Assembly (NCBI GenBank): GCA_965218545.1
Contig: CBDCLB010000002.1
Location: 776,622 to 840,621 of the forward strand
Length of the DNA: 64,000 bases
Direction of reading: 5' to 3'
Source of the DNA: Acidobacteriaceae bacterium
GTDB lineage: Bacteria; Acidobacteriota; Terriglobia; Terriglobales; Acidobacteriaceae
Within the stretch, counting starts at the first letter, position 1, and every line of letters begins with the position of its first letter. The translations under genes were made by a program, and so were the position numbers. The notes beneath the pieces were generated by a model that was given only the letters and a program-made list of their open reading frames with translations, was not told where the DNA came from and did no database searches. This document shows, piece by piece, positions 53,838 to 63,457 of the stretch.

Positions 53838-56159
53838 ATGCCCACACGCCGCCAGTTTCTCCAGACCGCCGCTGCCGCCACCGCCCTTCCCCTTCTGCCC
53901 GGCACGCTCGCCCATGCCGCATCGCCTGCCGAGGATGGCGACGTCACCCAGTACGTCAACATCCGCGTGGGCACCGGCGGCCACGGCCACACCTACCCCG
54001 GCGCGACGCTGCCTTTCGGTGCCGTGCAGTTGAGCCCTGATACCTACACACGGGGCTGGGACTGGTGCTCCGGCTACCACGACACCGACACCTCGCTCAT
54101 GGGTTTTTCCCACACGCACCTCAGCGGCACCGGCGCGGCCGGCCTGCTTGATGTGCTCTTGATCCCCTGCACGGGCGAGGTGAAGTGGATGCCCGGCACG
54201 CGCGAAAACCCGAGCGAAGGCTACCGCGCTCCCTTTACGCATGCGGACGAGCAGATGGAGCCCGGCTTCTACGCCGTGCCGCTGAACGACCGGGGCGTGC
54301 TTGTCGAGCTCACGGCGACCGAGCGCACCGGACTGCACCGCTACACCTTTCAAAAGGGCGGCGACAGCCATGTGCTGATCGATTTCGCGCACGGCTCCGA
54401 CGATTACGAGGGGACGCCCGCTTACGATTCCTCACTCACCATCGTCGGCAGCGACACCGTGACCGGAGGCCGCAGCGTCCACGACTGGGCCAATGGACGC
54501 CGCATCTACTTCGCCGCGCAGTTTTCAAAGCCTTTTGTGCGGACGGAAATCCAGCAGGACGGCACGGTGCTCCCCGCGGGCGCGACAGGCGCGTCCGGCA
54601 TGAAGCTGAAAACCGCGTTGCACTTCACCAATTTCCAGCCGGGCGAGAAGCTGCTCGTCCGCGTCGGCATTTCCGGAGTTTCCACCGAGAATGCGCTCGC
54701 AAACCTCAAAGCAGAAATGCCCGGCTATGACTTCGACGGCACCCGCGCCGAGGCAAAGCGCAAGTGGCAGGCAGAGCTCAGCCGCATCCGCATCGAGACG
54801 CCGGACGCGAACACCCGCGCCATTTTCTACTCGTCGCTGTACCACATGCTGGTCGCGCCCACGCTGTTCGACGACAGCAACGGCGAGTACTACGGCATGG
54901 ACGGCATGGTCCACAAAGTGGAGCCGGGGCAGCACAACTACAGCACCTACTCGCTATGGGACACCTTCCGCGCCGAGCACCCGTCATTTACGCTCTTCCA
55001 GCCTGACCGGGTACCGCTGCTCGTCAACAGCCTCATCGAGATGTCGGAGCAAAGCCCGGAAGGCATGCCCGTGTGGCCGCTGCAGGGCAAGGAAACCGGC
55101 ACCATGACCGGCTACCACTCCGCCGCCGTCATCGCGGAAGCCTGCGCGAAAAAGTTCCCCGGCATCGACTGGAAGCGCGCCTACGGGCCCATGCGCCAGC
55201 GCAACATGGAAGACCACTGGCGGGGCTTGGAATACTACCGGCAGATCGGCTATATCCCCGCCGACAAGGAAGGCGAAAACGTTTCGAAATGCCTGGAATA
55301 CTGCTACGACGACTGGGCTGTGTCGCATGTCGCGGACACAGTGGGCGCGCATGACGACGCGGAAATCCAGCGCAAGCGCTCGCGCAACTACACGAACCTG
55401 TTCGATCCGCACGACGAGTTCATCCGCGCCAAGCTTTCCGACGGCAAGTTCACCGAGCCGTTCAATCCGATCGACATGGGCCACACGGACGAATACCGCG
55501 ACTACACCGAGTCGAATGCCTGGCAGACCACCTTCGGCATCATGCACGACAACGCTCACTACATCACGCTGTGGGGCGGCCGGGAGCCGTTTGTCAAGAA
55601 GCTGGACGCGCTGTTTACCGTGCCCTCGACGCTGCCCAAGAACGCCCCGCCCGACATCGCCGGGATGGTGGGCCAGTATGCGCACGGCAATGAGCCCTCG
55701 CACCACATAGCGTATTTGTACGTGTACGCGGGCCAGCCGTGGAAGACGCAGGCGCGCGTGACCTCGCTGCTCAAGACCATGTACAGCGACAAGCCCGACG
55801 GCCTGCAAGGCAATGAAGACTGCGGCCAAATGTCGGCCTGGTACGTGATGAGCGCCATGGGCCTGTACGCAGTAGACCCGGTGAGCGCGAACTACGTGCT
55901 GACCACGCCGCTGGTCGAGAAGGCGACGGTGAAGGTGAGCGGCGGCAAGGAGCTGGTGATTGAAGCCAAGCGTCCTTCGCCGGATGCGATGTATATCCAA
56001 TCGGTCACGATCAACGGCAAGAAGTCGGATAAACTCTGGGTCCGGCACGAGGAGATCGCCCACGGCGGGCACATCCTGTTCGAGCTCGGAACGCAGCCCA
56101 ACACGACCCTGGGGACAGCGCCGGAGCTCGCTCCGCCCTCACTTAAGCTCAACGCATAA
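53838..56159 (+). CDS. alpha-mannosidase, GH92
   Basis: Tat-type signal MPTRRQFLQTAAAATALPLL. GYHDTDTSLMGFSHTHLSGTG, the 773 aa size and the overall pattern fit GH92. Confidence 0.9.
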   Translation: MPTRRQFLQTAAAATALPLLPGTLAHAASPAEDGDVTQYVNIRVGTGGHGHTYPGATLPFGAVQLSPDTYTRGWDWCSGYHDTDTSLMGFSHTHLSGTGAAGLLDVLLIPCTGEVKWMPGTRENPSEGYRAPFTHADEQMEPGFYAVPLNDRGVLVELTATERTGLHRYTFQKGGDSHVLIDFAHGSDDYEGTPAYDSSLTIVGSDTVTGGRSVHDWANGRRIYFAAQFSKPFVRTEIQQDGTVLPAGATGASGMKLKTALHFTNFQPGEKLLVRVGISGVSTENALANLKAEMPGYDFDGTRAEAKRKWQAELSRIRIETPDANTRAIFYSSLYHMLVAPTLFDDSNGEYYGMDGMVHKVEPGQHNYSTYSLWDTFRAEHPSFTLFQPDRVPLLVNSLIEMSEQSPEGMPVWPLQGKETGTMTGYHSAAVIAEACAKKFPGIDWKRAYGPMRQRNMEDHWRGLEYYRQIGYIPADKEGENVSKCLEYCYDDWAVSHVADTVGAHDDAEIQRKRSRNYTNLFDPHDEFIRAKLSDGKFTEPFNPIDMGHTDEYRDYTESNAWQTTFGIMHDNAHYITLWGGREPFVKKLDALFTVPSTLPKNAPPDIAGMVGQYAHGNEPSHHIAYLYVYAGQPWKTQARVTSLLKTMYSDKPDGLQGNEDCGQMSAWYVMSAMGLYAVDPVSANYVLTTPLVEKATVKVSGGKELVIEAKRPSPDAMYIQSVTINGKKSDKLWVRHEEIAHGGHILFELGTQPNTTLGTAPELAPPSLKLNA

Positions 56160-56192
56160 AGACGGCGGAAGCCCCACGTCTCGCGTTGAGGT

Positions 56193-56221
56193 CCCCAGCG
56201 AGCAGTTCTCGCTCGCTGGGG
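56193..56221 (+). terminator. perfect 11-bp hairpin between GH92 and GH125
   Basis: CCCCAGCGAGC-AGTTCTC-GCTCGCTGGGG, 34 nt after the GH92 stop. The downstream sequence is only weakly T-rich. Confidence 0.45.
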
Positions 56222-56286
56222 TGGTAAAACGTGGGTTTTCCGGAACGAGAGTTCAGGAACGATTCCGCAGCCGAGAAAGCCCAGCC

Positions 56287-57729
56287 ATGAACCCAAACCC
56301 AACCCGCCGCACCGTCCTCCAAACCGGCCTGGCGCTCGCCGCAGTATCAAGCCTGCCCGCGTTCGCCCAAACCCCCACGCCGGTCCTCAACAAGCGCCCC
56401 GCCCTCGGCGAGCGCCGTTTCACCTCGCCCGCCGTTGAGCAAGCGATCGCGACGGTCTCGAAACAGATCGCCGATTCTGAGCTCGCGCTCATCTTCGCGA
56501 ACTGCCTTCCCAACACGCTCGACACCACCGTCTCGCCTGGGACCTACGAGGGCCACCCCGACACCTTCGTCATCACCGGTGACATCGACGCCATGTGGCT
56601 GCGCGATTCTTCCGCGCAGGTGTGGCCGTACCTGCCCTTTTGCGGGCAGGACCCCAAGCTTTCCGCGCTGATTGAAGGCGTAATCCGCCGCCAAACCCGG
56701 TGCATCCTGCTTGACCCCTACGCGAACGCTTTTCTGCCCAGCCCGTCCAGCCCCCGGCTGCCCTGGTCTACCCACGACAAAACAGAGATGAAGCCCGGCG
56801 TGGGCGAGCGCAAGTGGGAGATCGACTCGCTCTGCTATACGATCCGCCTCGCCCACGGCTACTGGCGCGCGACCGGCAACACGGCCCCCTTCGATGGGCA
56901 TTGGCGCGACGCGGCCCGCGCCATCGTGCGCACCTTCCGCGAGCAGCAGCGCAAGCAAAATCCCGGCCCGTACCACTTCCAGCGCCCCGCCTTGAGCCCC
57001 TACGACACGCTCGGCCTCGACGGCTACGGCAACCCTGCTAAACCCGTAGGATTGATCTTCTCCGGCTTCCGCCCGTCGGACGACGCCTGCGTGTACCCGC
57101 TCTTCATCCCCGCGAATCTGTTCGCGGCTGTCAGCCTCCAGCAACTTGCCGAGCTCGCCGGCAAAGCCTGCCACGACCCGGCGCTCGCGCAGGACGCCTA
57201 CAGCCTTGCCAAGGAAGTCACCGCCGCTCTCGCCCGTCACGGGCGGATCGACGGCCCCGGAGGGGGCATGTGGGCCTACGAGGTCGATGGCTACGGCAAC
57301 ACGCTTCGCATGGACGACGCCAACGCGCCGGGGCTGCTGTCGCTCGATTACCTGGGCTGCCTCACCCTGGAGGGCTACCCCCTGTATGCGCGCTCCCGCG
57401 CCTTTGCTCTTTCCCCGGCCAACCCCTACTTCTTCCAAGGCACGGCGGGCGAGGGTATCGGCGGCCCGCACGAAGGCCTCGGCTATATCTGGCCCATGTC
57501 CATCATCTTTCGCGCGTTTTCAAGCACGGACGACCGCGAAACCGCACAGTGCCTCCGCACGCTGCGCAACACCACGGCGGGCACGCACTTCATGCATGAG
57601 TCGTTCTGGAAGGACGACGCCGCGAAGTACACGCGGCCGTGGTTCGCCTGGGCCAATACGCTGTTTGGCGAGCTGATCCTGACGCTCGCCCACCGCCGCC
57701 CCGCGCTGCTGCGGCAGAGCTACGCCTAG
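56287..57729 (+). CDS. exo-alpha-1,6-mannosidase-like, GH125
   Basis: Tat-like signal MNPNPTRRTVLQTGLALAAVSSLPAFA. ITGDIDAMWLRDSSAQVWPYLPF and WFAWANTLFGE are typical of GH125/DUF1237. Confidence 0.85.
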   Translation: MNPNPTRRTVLQTGLALAAVSSLPAFAQTPTPVLNKRPALGERRFTSPAVEQAIATVSKQIADSELALIFANCLPNTLDTTVSPGTYEGHPDTFVITGDIDAMWLRDSSAQVWPYLPFCGQDPKLSALIEGVIRRQTRCILLDPYANAFLPSPSSPRLPWSTHDKTEMKPGVGERKWEIDSLCYTIRLAHGYWRATGNTAPFDGHWRDAARAIVRTFREQQRKQNPGPYHFQRPALSPYDTLGLDGYGNPAKPVGLIFSGFRPSDDACVYPLFIPANLFAAVSLQQLAELAGKACHDPALAQDAYSLAKEVTAALARHGRIDGPGGGMWAYEVDGYGNTLRMDDANAPGLLSLDYLGCLTLEGYPLYARSRAFALSPANPYFFQGTAGEGIGGPHEGLGYIWPMSIIFRAFSSTDDRETAQCLRTLRNTTAGTHFMHESFWKDDAAKYTRPWFAWANTLFGELILTLAHRRPALLRQSYA

Positions 57730-58907
57730 GCGGCGATCAGGGCGAGCGCTTGCCGCATCGTGACGGCCGTCGTGCTTTCAACGCCGCGCGTGACCCCAGG
57801 CCCGACCACAAACCCCTCCCCATGCCCTTCCACCCAGGCGACCAGCGACGCGCGCTCGTCCTGCTTCCGCAGCGCGAGCCAGGCGTAATACACGGCCATA
57901 TCCGCGTCCACCAGCGCGCCATCAGGGTCGAGTTCCACGCTTTGAGCGCGCTGGTCCAGCATATCGTTCATGTTTGCCGGTTTGCGGCGCGGGGCGAACC
58001 GCAGCAGAAGCGTTTCGGGCCGCGCCCGGCGAATGAGCTCCACCCCGCCGGCCTGGACGAAGCTGGTGGAGTAGAGCTGCGTCCCACTCCCTTGCGTAAG
58101 CAGCGAAACGAGAAACCGCCCCAGGCGCGGGTCGCCGGTGACCGCAGCGAGCCCAAGCGCGGAGGGCGGAAGCCCGCGCATGCGCTCGGCCAGCAGCTCC
58201 GGCCCCGTGCCCTCACGCACGGCACGGTCCATCTCGCGCAGCACCGCGTCCCGCACCGGCGCAAGCGCGGGAAAGGTAAATCGCTCCACCCCACCCTGCG
58301 CTGCCCACGGCGAGCCGCCATCCACGTACCAGTGGGCGTACTCCCGCGGGTTCCGGTGGGCTTGGGCTGCCGCGAACCCGGAGATCGCCTCCGCGGCCCC
58401 GGCCTCGTCCACCCGGCGCAGGTATAGCCCTTCTTTCCGCAGACGCGAAAACAGCGGGTAACCGCTGCCCGGCGCAGCGCCCCGCCCCATGGCGACCAGC
58501 AGCACGGGCGCGGTCGACGCCCGCTCCGGCTTAGGCAGCGCTGCAAACAGCGCTTCCGCCGCCCGGTGGTATGCATCGATCTGCCCTGTCTGCCAAAGCG
58601 CCCCGGAAAGCGCCTGAAGCGACCGCCCGGGCCGCGCAACCCATTCTTCCCGCTCCAGCGTTTCCGGGACGCTGATTACGCGAAACGCGTCCATCAACGC
58701 AGGCCGGGCGGCAAGTGCGGCAAGCTGTAGGCGCAAACGCTCCTGCTCGACAGGGAACAGCGTCGGGTACTCCTGAATCTGGACAAGATAGCTGAGTGCG
58801 AGTGAAAGCGGCATGGCTCGCAAGAGCGGCAAGTCCGCGACCGCCAGCGTCCGGGCGCTTTGAGGGTAGGACGAAAACGAAGCCGCCTGCAGATTTCCCG
58901 GCTTCAT
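57726..58907 (-). CDS. hypothetical protein (393 aa), translationally coupled to the upstream DUF1501-like gene
   Basis: ATG 58907 overlaps the upstream TGA (ATGA). No recognisable motifs; the ORF-track 5' extension to 59189 is a shadow of the upstream gene. Confidence 0.6.
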   Translation of the reverse strand: MKPGNLQAASFSSYPQSARTLAVADLPLLRAMPLSLALSYLVQIQEYPTLFPVEQERLRLQLAALAARPALMDAFRVISVPETLEREEWVARPGRSLQALSGALWQTGQIDAYHRAAEALFAALPKPERASTAPVLLVAMGRGAAPGSGYPLFSRLRKEGLYLRRVDEAGAAEAISGFAAAQAHRNPREYAHWYVDGGSPWAAQGGVERFTFPALAPVRDAVLREMDRAVREGTGPELLAERMRGLPPSALGLAAVTGDPRLGRFLVSLLTQGSGTQLYSTSFVQAGGVELIRRARPETLLLRFAPRRKPANMNDMLDQRAQSVELDPDGALVDADMAVYYAWLALRKQDERASLVAWVEGHGEGFVVGPGVTRGVESTTAVTMRQALALIAA

Positions 58908-60088
58908 AGCAGCTCCACAGCAGGCTTGCCGGTTGCAAACGGGGTCGCAAACCCTAGCAAAGCGCCCGCAGTCGGCACTATGTCCACCGACTCCAGCGGC
59001 CGCGCCACCACCCGTCCGCCGCCAGCACCACGGCCCAGCGCCAGCATCCAGGTAGTGCGCGCCATCGCGCTCCCGGTGCGGTGGTGCTGGAAGCCGCTCG
59101 CCTCCCCATCCGCATCGCGACCGAAATCCGGCAACACGAGCACCGTAGTCCGCCCCGAGTATTCCGGGTTCGCTTCGACCTCCGCCCACAGCTCGGCGAC
59201 CAGCCGGTCCGCCCGCTGGATCGCGTCGATGTACAGTGAAAACGCCCCGCTGTGCGCGACGTCCATGTCGTGCAGCGTGAGAAACATAAGTGAAGGCGCG
59301 GCCTGCCGCATCACCTGCCGCGCAATAAACAGCGACAATTCATCCGCCGAGCCCAAAGCCCGCGCGTGCCGGGTGAAGTCGGCCAGCGAAAGCCGCAGCA
59401 GCCCCGACATGCGCGCGAGCTCCCGCGCGTCCTGCTCCGGGGTGCCCTCAATGCCGCGCAGGGGCAGCTCATAGCTGTCGTGCAGCAGTGCGCTGTAGTC
59501 CTCGAGCGCGTGGCCTTGCGCGTTTGCCGCCATCTGCAGCAGGCGCTTGGGAAGCACCACCTCCGCCCCATACGCCGCGCCAAAGCCCGCGTGGGTGCTC
59601 GTGCCCAACCCTTCAAAGCCGTTACCCGGCGCGATCACCCACGCATCGCTCGCCGGCCGCGCAAGCCCCTTGCGGAAGCACTCAAACATGGTCGGCGCGG
59701 TTGGGTGCTGCGACACAAAGTTGTCGAAGGTCTGGTAGGTGCCAGTCGCGATGCTCGCGGTCGCGACATAGTGCCCAAGGATGCCGCGGTTGACGACCTG
59801 GGGGAAAAACGTTCCCTGCGGCGCGAGTGTGCCCATGAGGTGGGGGATATTGCGTGCGCCCAGCTCTGAGAAGGTTTCATCATCGCGCGCGCCGCCGCCG
59901 AAAGTCACCACGATCAGCTTGCGCCCCGGGTGTGCCGCGCTCGCGAAAAGCCGCCTGGGCGCGGCTGCCAGGGCCGCGCTGCCCAAGGCGCGCGCTACAA
60001 ACTCGCGCCGCGTCCAACCGTGGGCCGCACTGTCCCGGGCCCAGCTGCTGAAAGGCGCAAAGGGAGGAATCTCGGCCATGGCGGGCAT
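58904..60088 (-). CDS. DUF1501-like (sulfatase/alkaline-phosphatase superfamily) Tat-exported protein
   Basis: Tat motif WTRREFVARALGSAALAAAP. RKLIVVTFGGGARDD, LHDMDVAHSG and VLVLPDFGRD resemble the conserved blocks of DUF1501 proteins. Start is ATG 60088 or 60079. Confidence 0.6.
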   Translation of the reverse strand: MPAMAEIPPFAPFSSWARDSAAHGWTRREFVARALGSAALAAAPRRLFASAAHPGRKLIVVTFGGGARDDETFSELGARNIPHLMGTLAPQGTFFPQVVNRGILGHYVATASIATGTYQTFDNFVSQHPTAPTMFECFRKGLARPASDAWVIAPGNGFEGLGTSTHAGFGAAYGAEVVLPKRLLQMAANAQGHALEDYSALLHDSYELPLRGIEGTPEQDARELARMSGLLRLSLADFTRHARALGSADELSLFIARQVMRQAAPSLMFLTLHDMDVAHSGAFSLYIDAIQRADRLVAELWAEVEANPEYSGRTTVLVLPDFGRDADGEASGFQHHRTGSAMARTTWMLALGRGAGGGRVVARPLESVDIVPTAGALLGFATPFATGKPAVELL

Positions 60089-60247
60089 TCTAAGCTCGCG
60101 GTAACAGGACAAGCAAAAGCCAAGACCCCCTACGCGGGAGGCGGCCCCTTCGGGGCGGGTTCTCGTCTTTGCACTGCAAACAACCGTGGCCCTCGCGATG
60201 CTCGGGATACTCATCCCCGACCAACGAGAGGGCCGCATTTTTATCAT

Positions 60248-60266
60248 GCCAGTCGCGCAGGCGGTT
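60248..60266 (-). repeat. partial copy (first module) of the GC-rich intergenic repeat, copy D
   Basis: The minus strand reads AACCGCCTGCGCGACTGGC, beginning on the base after the gnd TAA. The second module is replaced by a different hairpin (GCAT-GATAAAA-ATGC). Confidence 0.4.
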
Positions 60267-61310
60267 TTACTCCTTGCCCGCCTTAACCTCTTGCGCCTGC
60301 AGCTCGTGGTGTCCGCCAAAGCCGAACCGCATCGCCGAAAGTATCTTGTCGGCGAACAGCCCATTGCCGCGCGACGAGAACCGCGAAAACAGAGCCGCGC
60401 TTAGAGCATCAATCGGCACACCCTCGTCGATCGCCGCGATAGCCGTCCAGCGGCCCTCGCCCGAGTCGGAAACCCTGCCGCCAAAGTTCGCCAGATCGGG
60501 CTGCTGCACGAGCGCCGACGCGGTCAGATCGAGCAGCCAGGACGAGATCACGGAGCCGCGCCGCCATACCTCGGCCACGTTGTCCAGCTCGAAATCGTAC
60601 TTGTAGTGGTCCGGGTTGCGCAGAGGGGTCAGCTCCGCCGAGTGCTCCTGCTCCGCATCCTTGCCGACATTCGCGTTCTTGAGAATGTTGAACCCTTCGG
60701 CATACGCGGCCATGATGCCGTATTCAATCCCGTTGTGGACCATTTTGACGAAATGGCCGCCGCCCACCTCGCCGCAGCGCAGGTAGCCCTCCTCTGAGGT
60801 TGAAGGCGGTGCTTTGTCGCGTCCCGCCGTCCGCTGCGCATCGCCGCGGCCCGGCGCCAGCGTTTTGAAAATCGGGTCGAGGTATTCGACCGCTTCTTTC
60901 TGCCCGCCGATCATCATGCAGTAGCCGCGCTCCAGGCCCCATACGCCGCCGCTCACGCCCACGTCCAGGTAACGGATGCCCTTGGGCTCCAGCTGCTTCG
61001 AGCGCCGGATGTCATCGATGTAGTACGAGTTTCCGCCATCGATCAGGATGTCATCCTTCTCAAGGTGCGGCGCGATCTTCTCGATCGTTCCATCCACGGC
61101 CCCGGCCGGCACCATCAGCCACACGACGCGAGGCTTCGCGAGCTTGCCGAGAAACTCCTGCAGGTTCGTCGAACCCTGCGCCCCAGCGTCCTTCAGCGCG
61201 CCCACTGCCTTGTCGCTCAGGTCGTTGACGATGACCTCGTGCCCGCCCTTCATCAGGCGCTTCGCCATGTTCGCGCCCATGCGCCCCAGCCCTACCAACC
61301 CAATCTGCAT
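60267..61310 (-). CDS. gnd: 6-phosphogluconate dehydrogenase, decarboxylating (short Gnd/YqeC-like form)
   Basis: MQIGLVGLGRMGANMAKRL is the Rossmann motif; GGHFVKMVHNGIEYGIMAAYAEGF is the 6PGDH signature region. AAGGAGA SD precedes ATG 61310. Confidence 0.88.
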   Translation of the reverse strand: MQIGLVGLGRMGANMAKRLMKGGHEVIVNDLSDKAVGALKDAGAQGSTNLQEFLGKLAKPRVVWLMVPAGAVDGTIEKIAPHLEKDDILIDGGNSYYIDDIRRSKQLEPKGIRYLDVGVSGGVWGLERGYCMMIGGQKEAVEYLDPIFKTLAPGRGDAQRTAGRDKAPPSTSEEGYLRCGEVGGGHFVKMVHNGIEYGIMAAYAEGFNILKNANVGKDAEQEHSAELTPLRNPDHYKYDFELDNVAEVWRRGSVISSWLLDLTASALVQQPDLANFGGRVSDSGEGRWTAIAAIDEGVPIDALSAALFSRFSSRGNGLFADKILSAMRFGFGGHHELQAQEVKAGKE

Positions 61311-61443
61311 CGCTCGTCTCCTTGTTCGGTTGCTACGCCCTGTCCATGGTATTCGATGCGGCACGAACGCGCTAAAAGCAGCGGTATGCCCGTCCGGTAT
61401 TGAGAACCCAAACCGCTGTACACTCACGCAGGCTATTCCGGAG

Positions 61444-61683
61444 ATGGGGATGCACGGTGTTTATGCGCTCGTGGGTACACTGGCAATCATTCTTATCGGC
61501 TTGCTCTACAACGGCAGCCAGATCCGAGAGTTGAGGCAGGAACTCCGCAGCGACCTAACCAATCTGCGAGGAGAACTCAGCGGCCGTCTCGACGCACTGC
61601 ACCGCGACCTCATGCAGATCGCACGCGAACAAGGGAAGCACGATGCCCGCTTGGATGCGCTTGAAGAAAGGCAGCGTCCGTGA
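61444..61683 (+). CDS. candidate small membrane-anchored coiled-coil protein
   Basis: One TM (VYALVGTLAIILIGLLY) followed by a heptad-like charged helix (IRELRQELRSDLTNLRGELSGRLDALHRDL). GGAG lies 6 nt upstream of the second ATG (61450). Confidence 0.4.
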   Translation: MGMHGVYALVGTLAIILIGLLYNGSQIRELRQELRSDLTNLRGELSGRLDALHRDLMQIAREQGKHDARLDALEERQRP

Positions 61684-61833
61684 TGGGCCAGTCAGCCGGA
61701 CGCATTTCTCGCGCCGCGAGCCATTGAGTAACAATGGGATATTTTGCGGTGCTACCGAAATCAGCATTTTGCGATTCGAACGGCTTTAGGCTACTGGTGT
61801 AGATCCGAACGTGCGGGCTCCCCCAGGCCCGCG

Positions 61834-62511
61834 TTATCGTTCGAGAACGCTTACTCCGCTCGCATCCGCTACGATTACCCGCGCTGCCGTGTTCAAAAAC
61901 AGCCCATGCTCCACCACGCCCACAATCGCCCGCAGCTCCGCGGCCGTGCGCGCCGGGTCTGGGATCGCCCCGAAGTGGCAGTCGAAGATCCAGTTCCCCT
62001 CGTCCGTGAGATAAGGCTCCTGCCCGCGCATTCGCAGCGCCGGGTGCCCGCCCAACTTTGCGAGCTTCGGCTCAACCAGCGGCCCGGCAAACGGCACCAC
62101 CTCGACCGGCAGCGGAAACTCGCCCAGCTGCGGCACCACCTTACCCTCGCCGACCACCACGATGAACTCCCGCGCCGCCGTCGCCACAATCTTCTCGTGC
62201 AGCAGCGCGCCCCCGCCGCCCTTGATCAGCGCCAGCTCCGGCCCTACCTCGTCCGCGCCGTCGATGGCGACGTCCAGCTCGCCTACCTCGGCAAAGGTCG
62301 CGAGCGGAATGCCGACCTGCCGGGCCAGCTCCGCCGAAGCGTTCGAGGTCGCCACCCCTACGATCTTCAAGCCGCCGCGCACCCGCTCGCCCAGCAGCTC
62401 CAGCACATGCTTGGAAGTGGTCCCGGTGCCGAGCCCCACCCGCATCCCGTCCTCGACATAGCGCATGCTCCGCGCCGCCGCTTGGCGCTTCGTGTCTTCG
62501 GCTAATGGCAT
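61834..62511 (-). CDS. rpiA: ribose-5-phosphate isomerase A
   Basis: VGLGTGTTSK, AIDGADEV and LIKGGGGALLHEKIV are RpiA signatures. AAGGGAG SD precedes ATG 62511. Confidence 0.9.
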   Translation of the reverse strand: MPLAEDTKRQAAARSMRYVEDGMRVGLGTGTTSKHVLELLGERVRGGLKIVGVATSNASAELARQVGIPLATFAEVGELDVAIDGADEVGPELALIKGGGGALLHEKIVATAAREFIVVVGEGKVVPQLGEFPLPVEVVPFAGPLVEPKLAKLGGHPALRMRGQEPYLTDEGNWIFDCHFGAIPDPARTAAELRAIVGVVEHGLFLNTAARVIVADASGVSVLER

Positions 62512-62575
62512 CGTCCCTGCTCCCTTCACTGCGATGTAGACCTTAACTCATCTTAGCGGCCCTGGGACGCCGTGT

Positions 62576-63457
62576 TTAGAAGTGTTCGCCTGCAAGCGCC
62601 AGCCTGAACGCGGCAAGTTCATCCGCGGAAACACGCAGCTCGCTTACCCAACGAACATTCCCGAACATGGTGCGCATGGCCACAGGCTCGGACAGAAAGA
62701 GGTGGATGGTTTCGGCGCCTCCGACCGAGAACTTACCCAGTTTGCCCCGCCGCCGCAAGGATCGGGAACTGCCCTCAGGCGCAACTTCGGCGATGAGCGA
62801 GCGATCAAAGGAACACGCAGCCAGCCCACGATGGAGCTCTACTTGCGCCGGTTCTACCTTGTGCGGCCGCCTTGCCATAAGTGAGCTTATGCCGCACACC
62901 CACAGCAGCCCCCAAACCGTGAGAACCAGCGGAACAACCCGCACCCAAAGCGGCCGGTTTGCCAGGAGAACTTCCGCCAGCGCCGATTCCGGCACACTCC
63001 CAATCAACACGATCAGCGGAAGATAGGGTATGGCTGTCTTCGCGACATAGGAGAACTCACCGGGCTGCTTGTCGGGCTTCGCGGCAAACCAGACCAGGCC
63101 CATCCACAAAGTCGTGGCTTCCGCCGCTCCAAACTGCGCCAGTCTGTCCGGGAGAAACAATGCAAAGCCCGCTGCCAAGCGCTGTTCCAACGGGAGATGC
63201 GCATCGGCTCTGGAGCTGCGAAGCGAGAACAGCGCAACGGTCAGCAGAACAACTTCAGCAAGGACGAGCGCCGCGAGCGCGGACGTTCTGGAGCCGGAGC
63301 CGAACTGCAACCGGAGCAACTCAAGCGCAGCAAGACAAGGCAGCAGGAGCTGCAGCCATGAGGTTTCCTTCCGCGCGGCCTTGCGGCTGGTCGCTGCGAT
63401 TCTCCACAAAAGCAGCCCATACCCGAACGGCGCAACGCGACGAACCAGCGGTTTCAT
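62576..63457 (-). CDS. hypothetical integral membrane protein
   Basis: 293 aa with ~6 hydrophobic segments and a soluble C-terminal ~90 aa. No family recognised. Confidence 0.5.
   Translation of the reverse strand: MKPLVRRVAPFGYGLLLWRIAATSRKAARKETSWLQLLLPCLAALELLRLQFGSGSRTSALAALVLAEVVLLTVALFSLRSSRADAHLPLEQRLAAGFALFLPDRLAQFGAAEATTLWMGLVWFAAKPDKQPGEFSYVAKTAIPYLPLIVLIGSVPESALAEVLLANRPLWVRVVPLVLTVWGLLWVCGISSLMARRPHKVEPAQVELHRGLAACSFDRSLIAEVAPEGSSRSLRRRGKLGKFSVGGAETIHLFLSEPVAMRTMFGNVRWVSELRVSADELAAFRLALAGEHF

Noticed and set aside
61700-61833. Possible tRNA because of a GATTCGAAC-like string
   Set aside because: I could find no acceptor-stem complementarity, no GTTCGAATC-type T-arm context and no anticodon-arm geometry on either strand.
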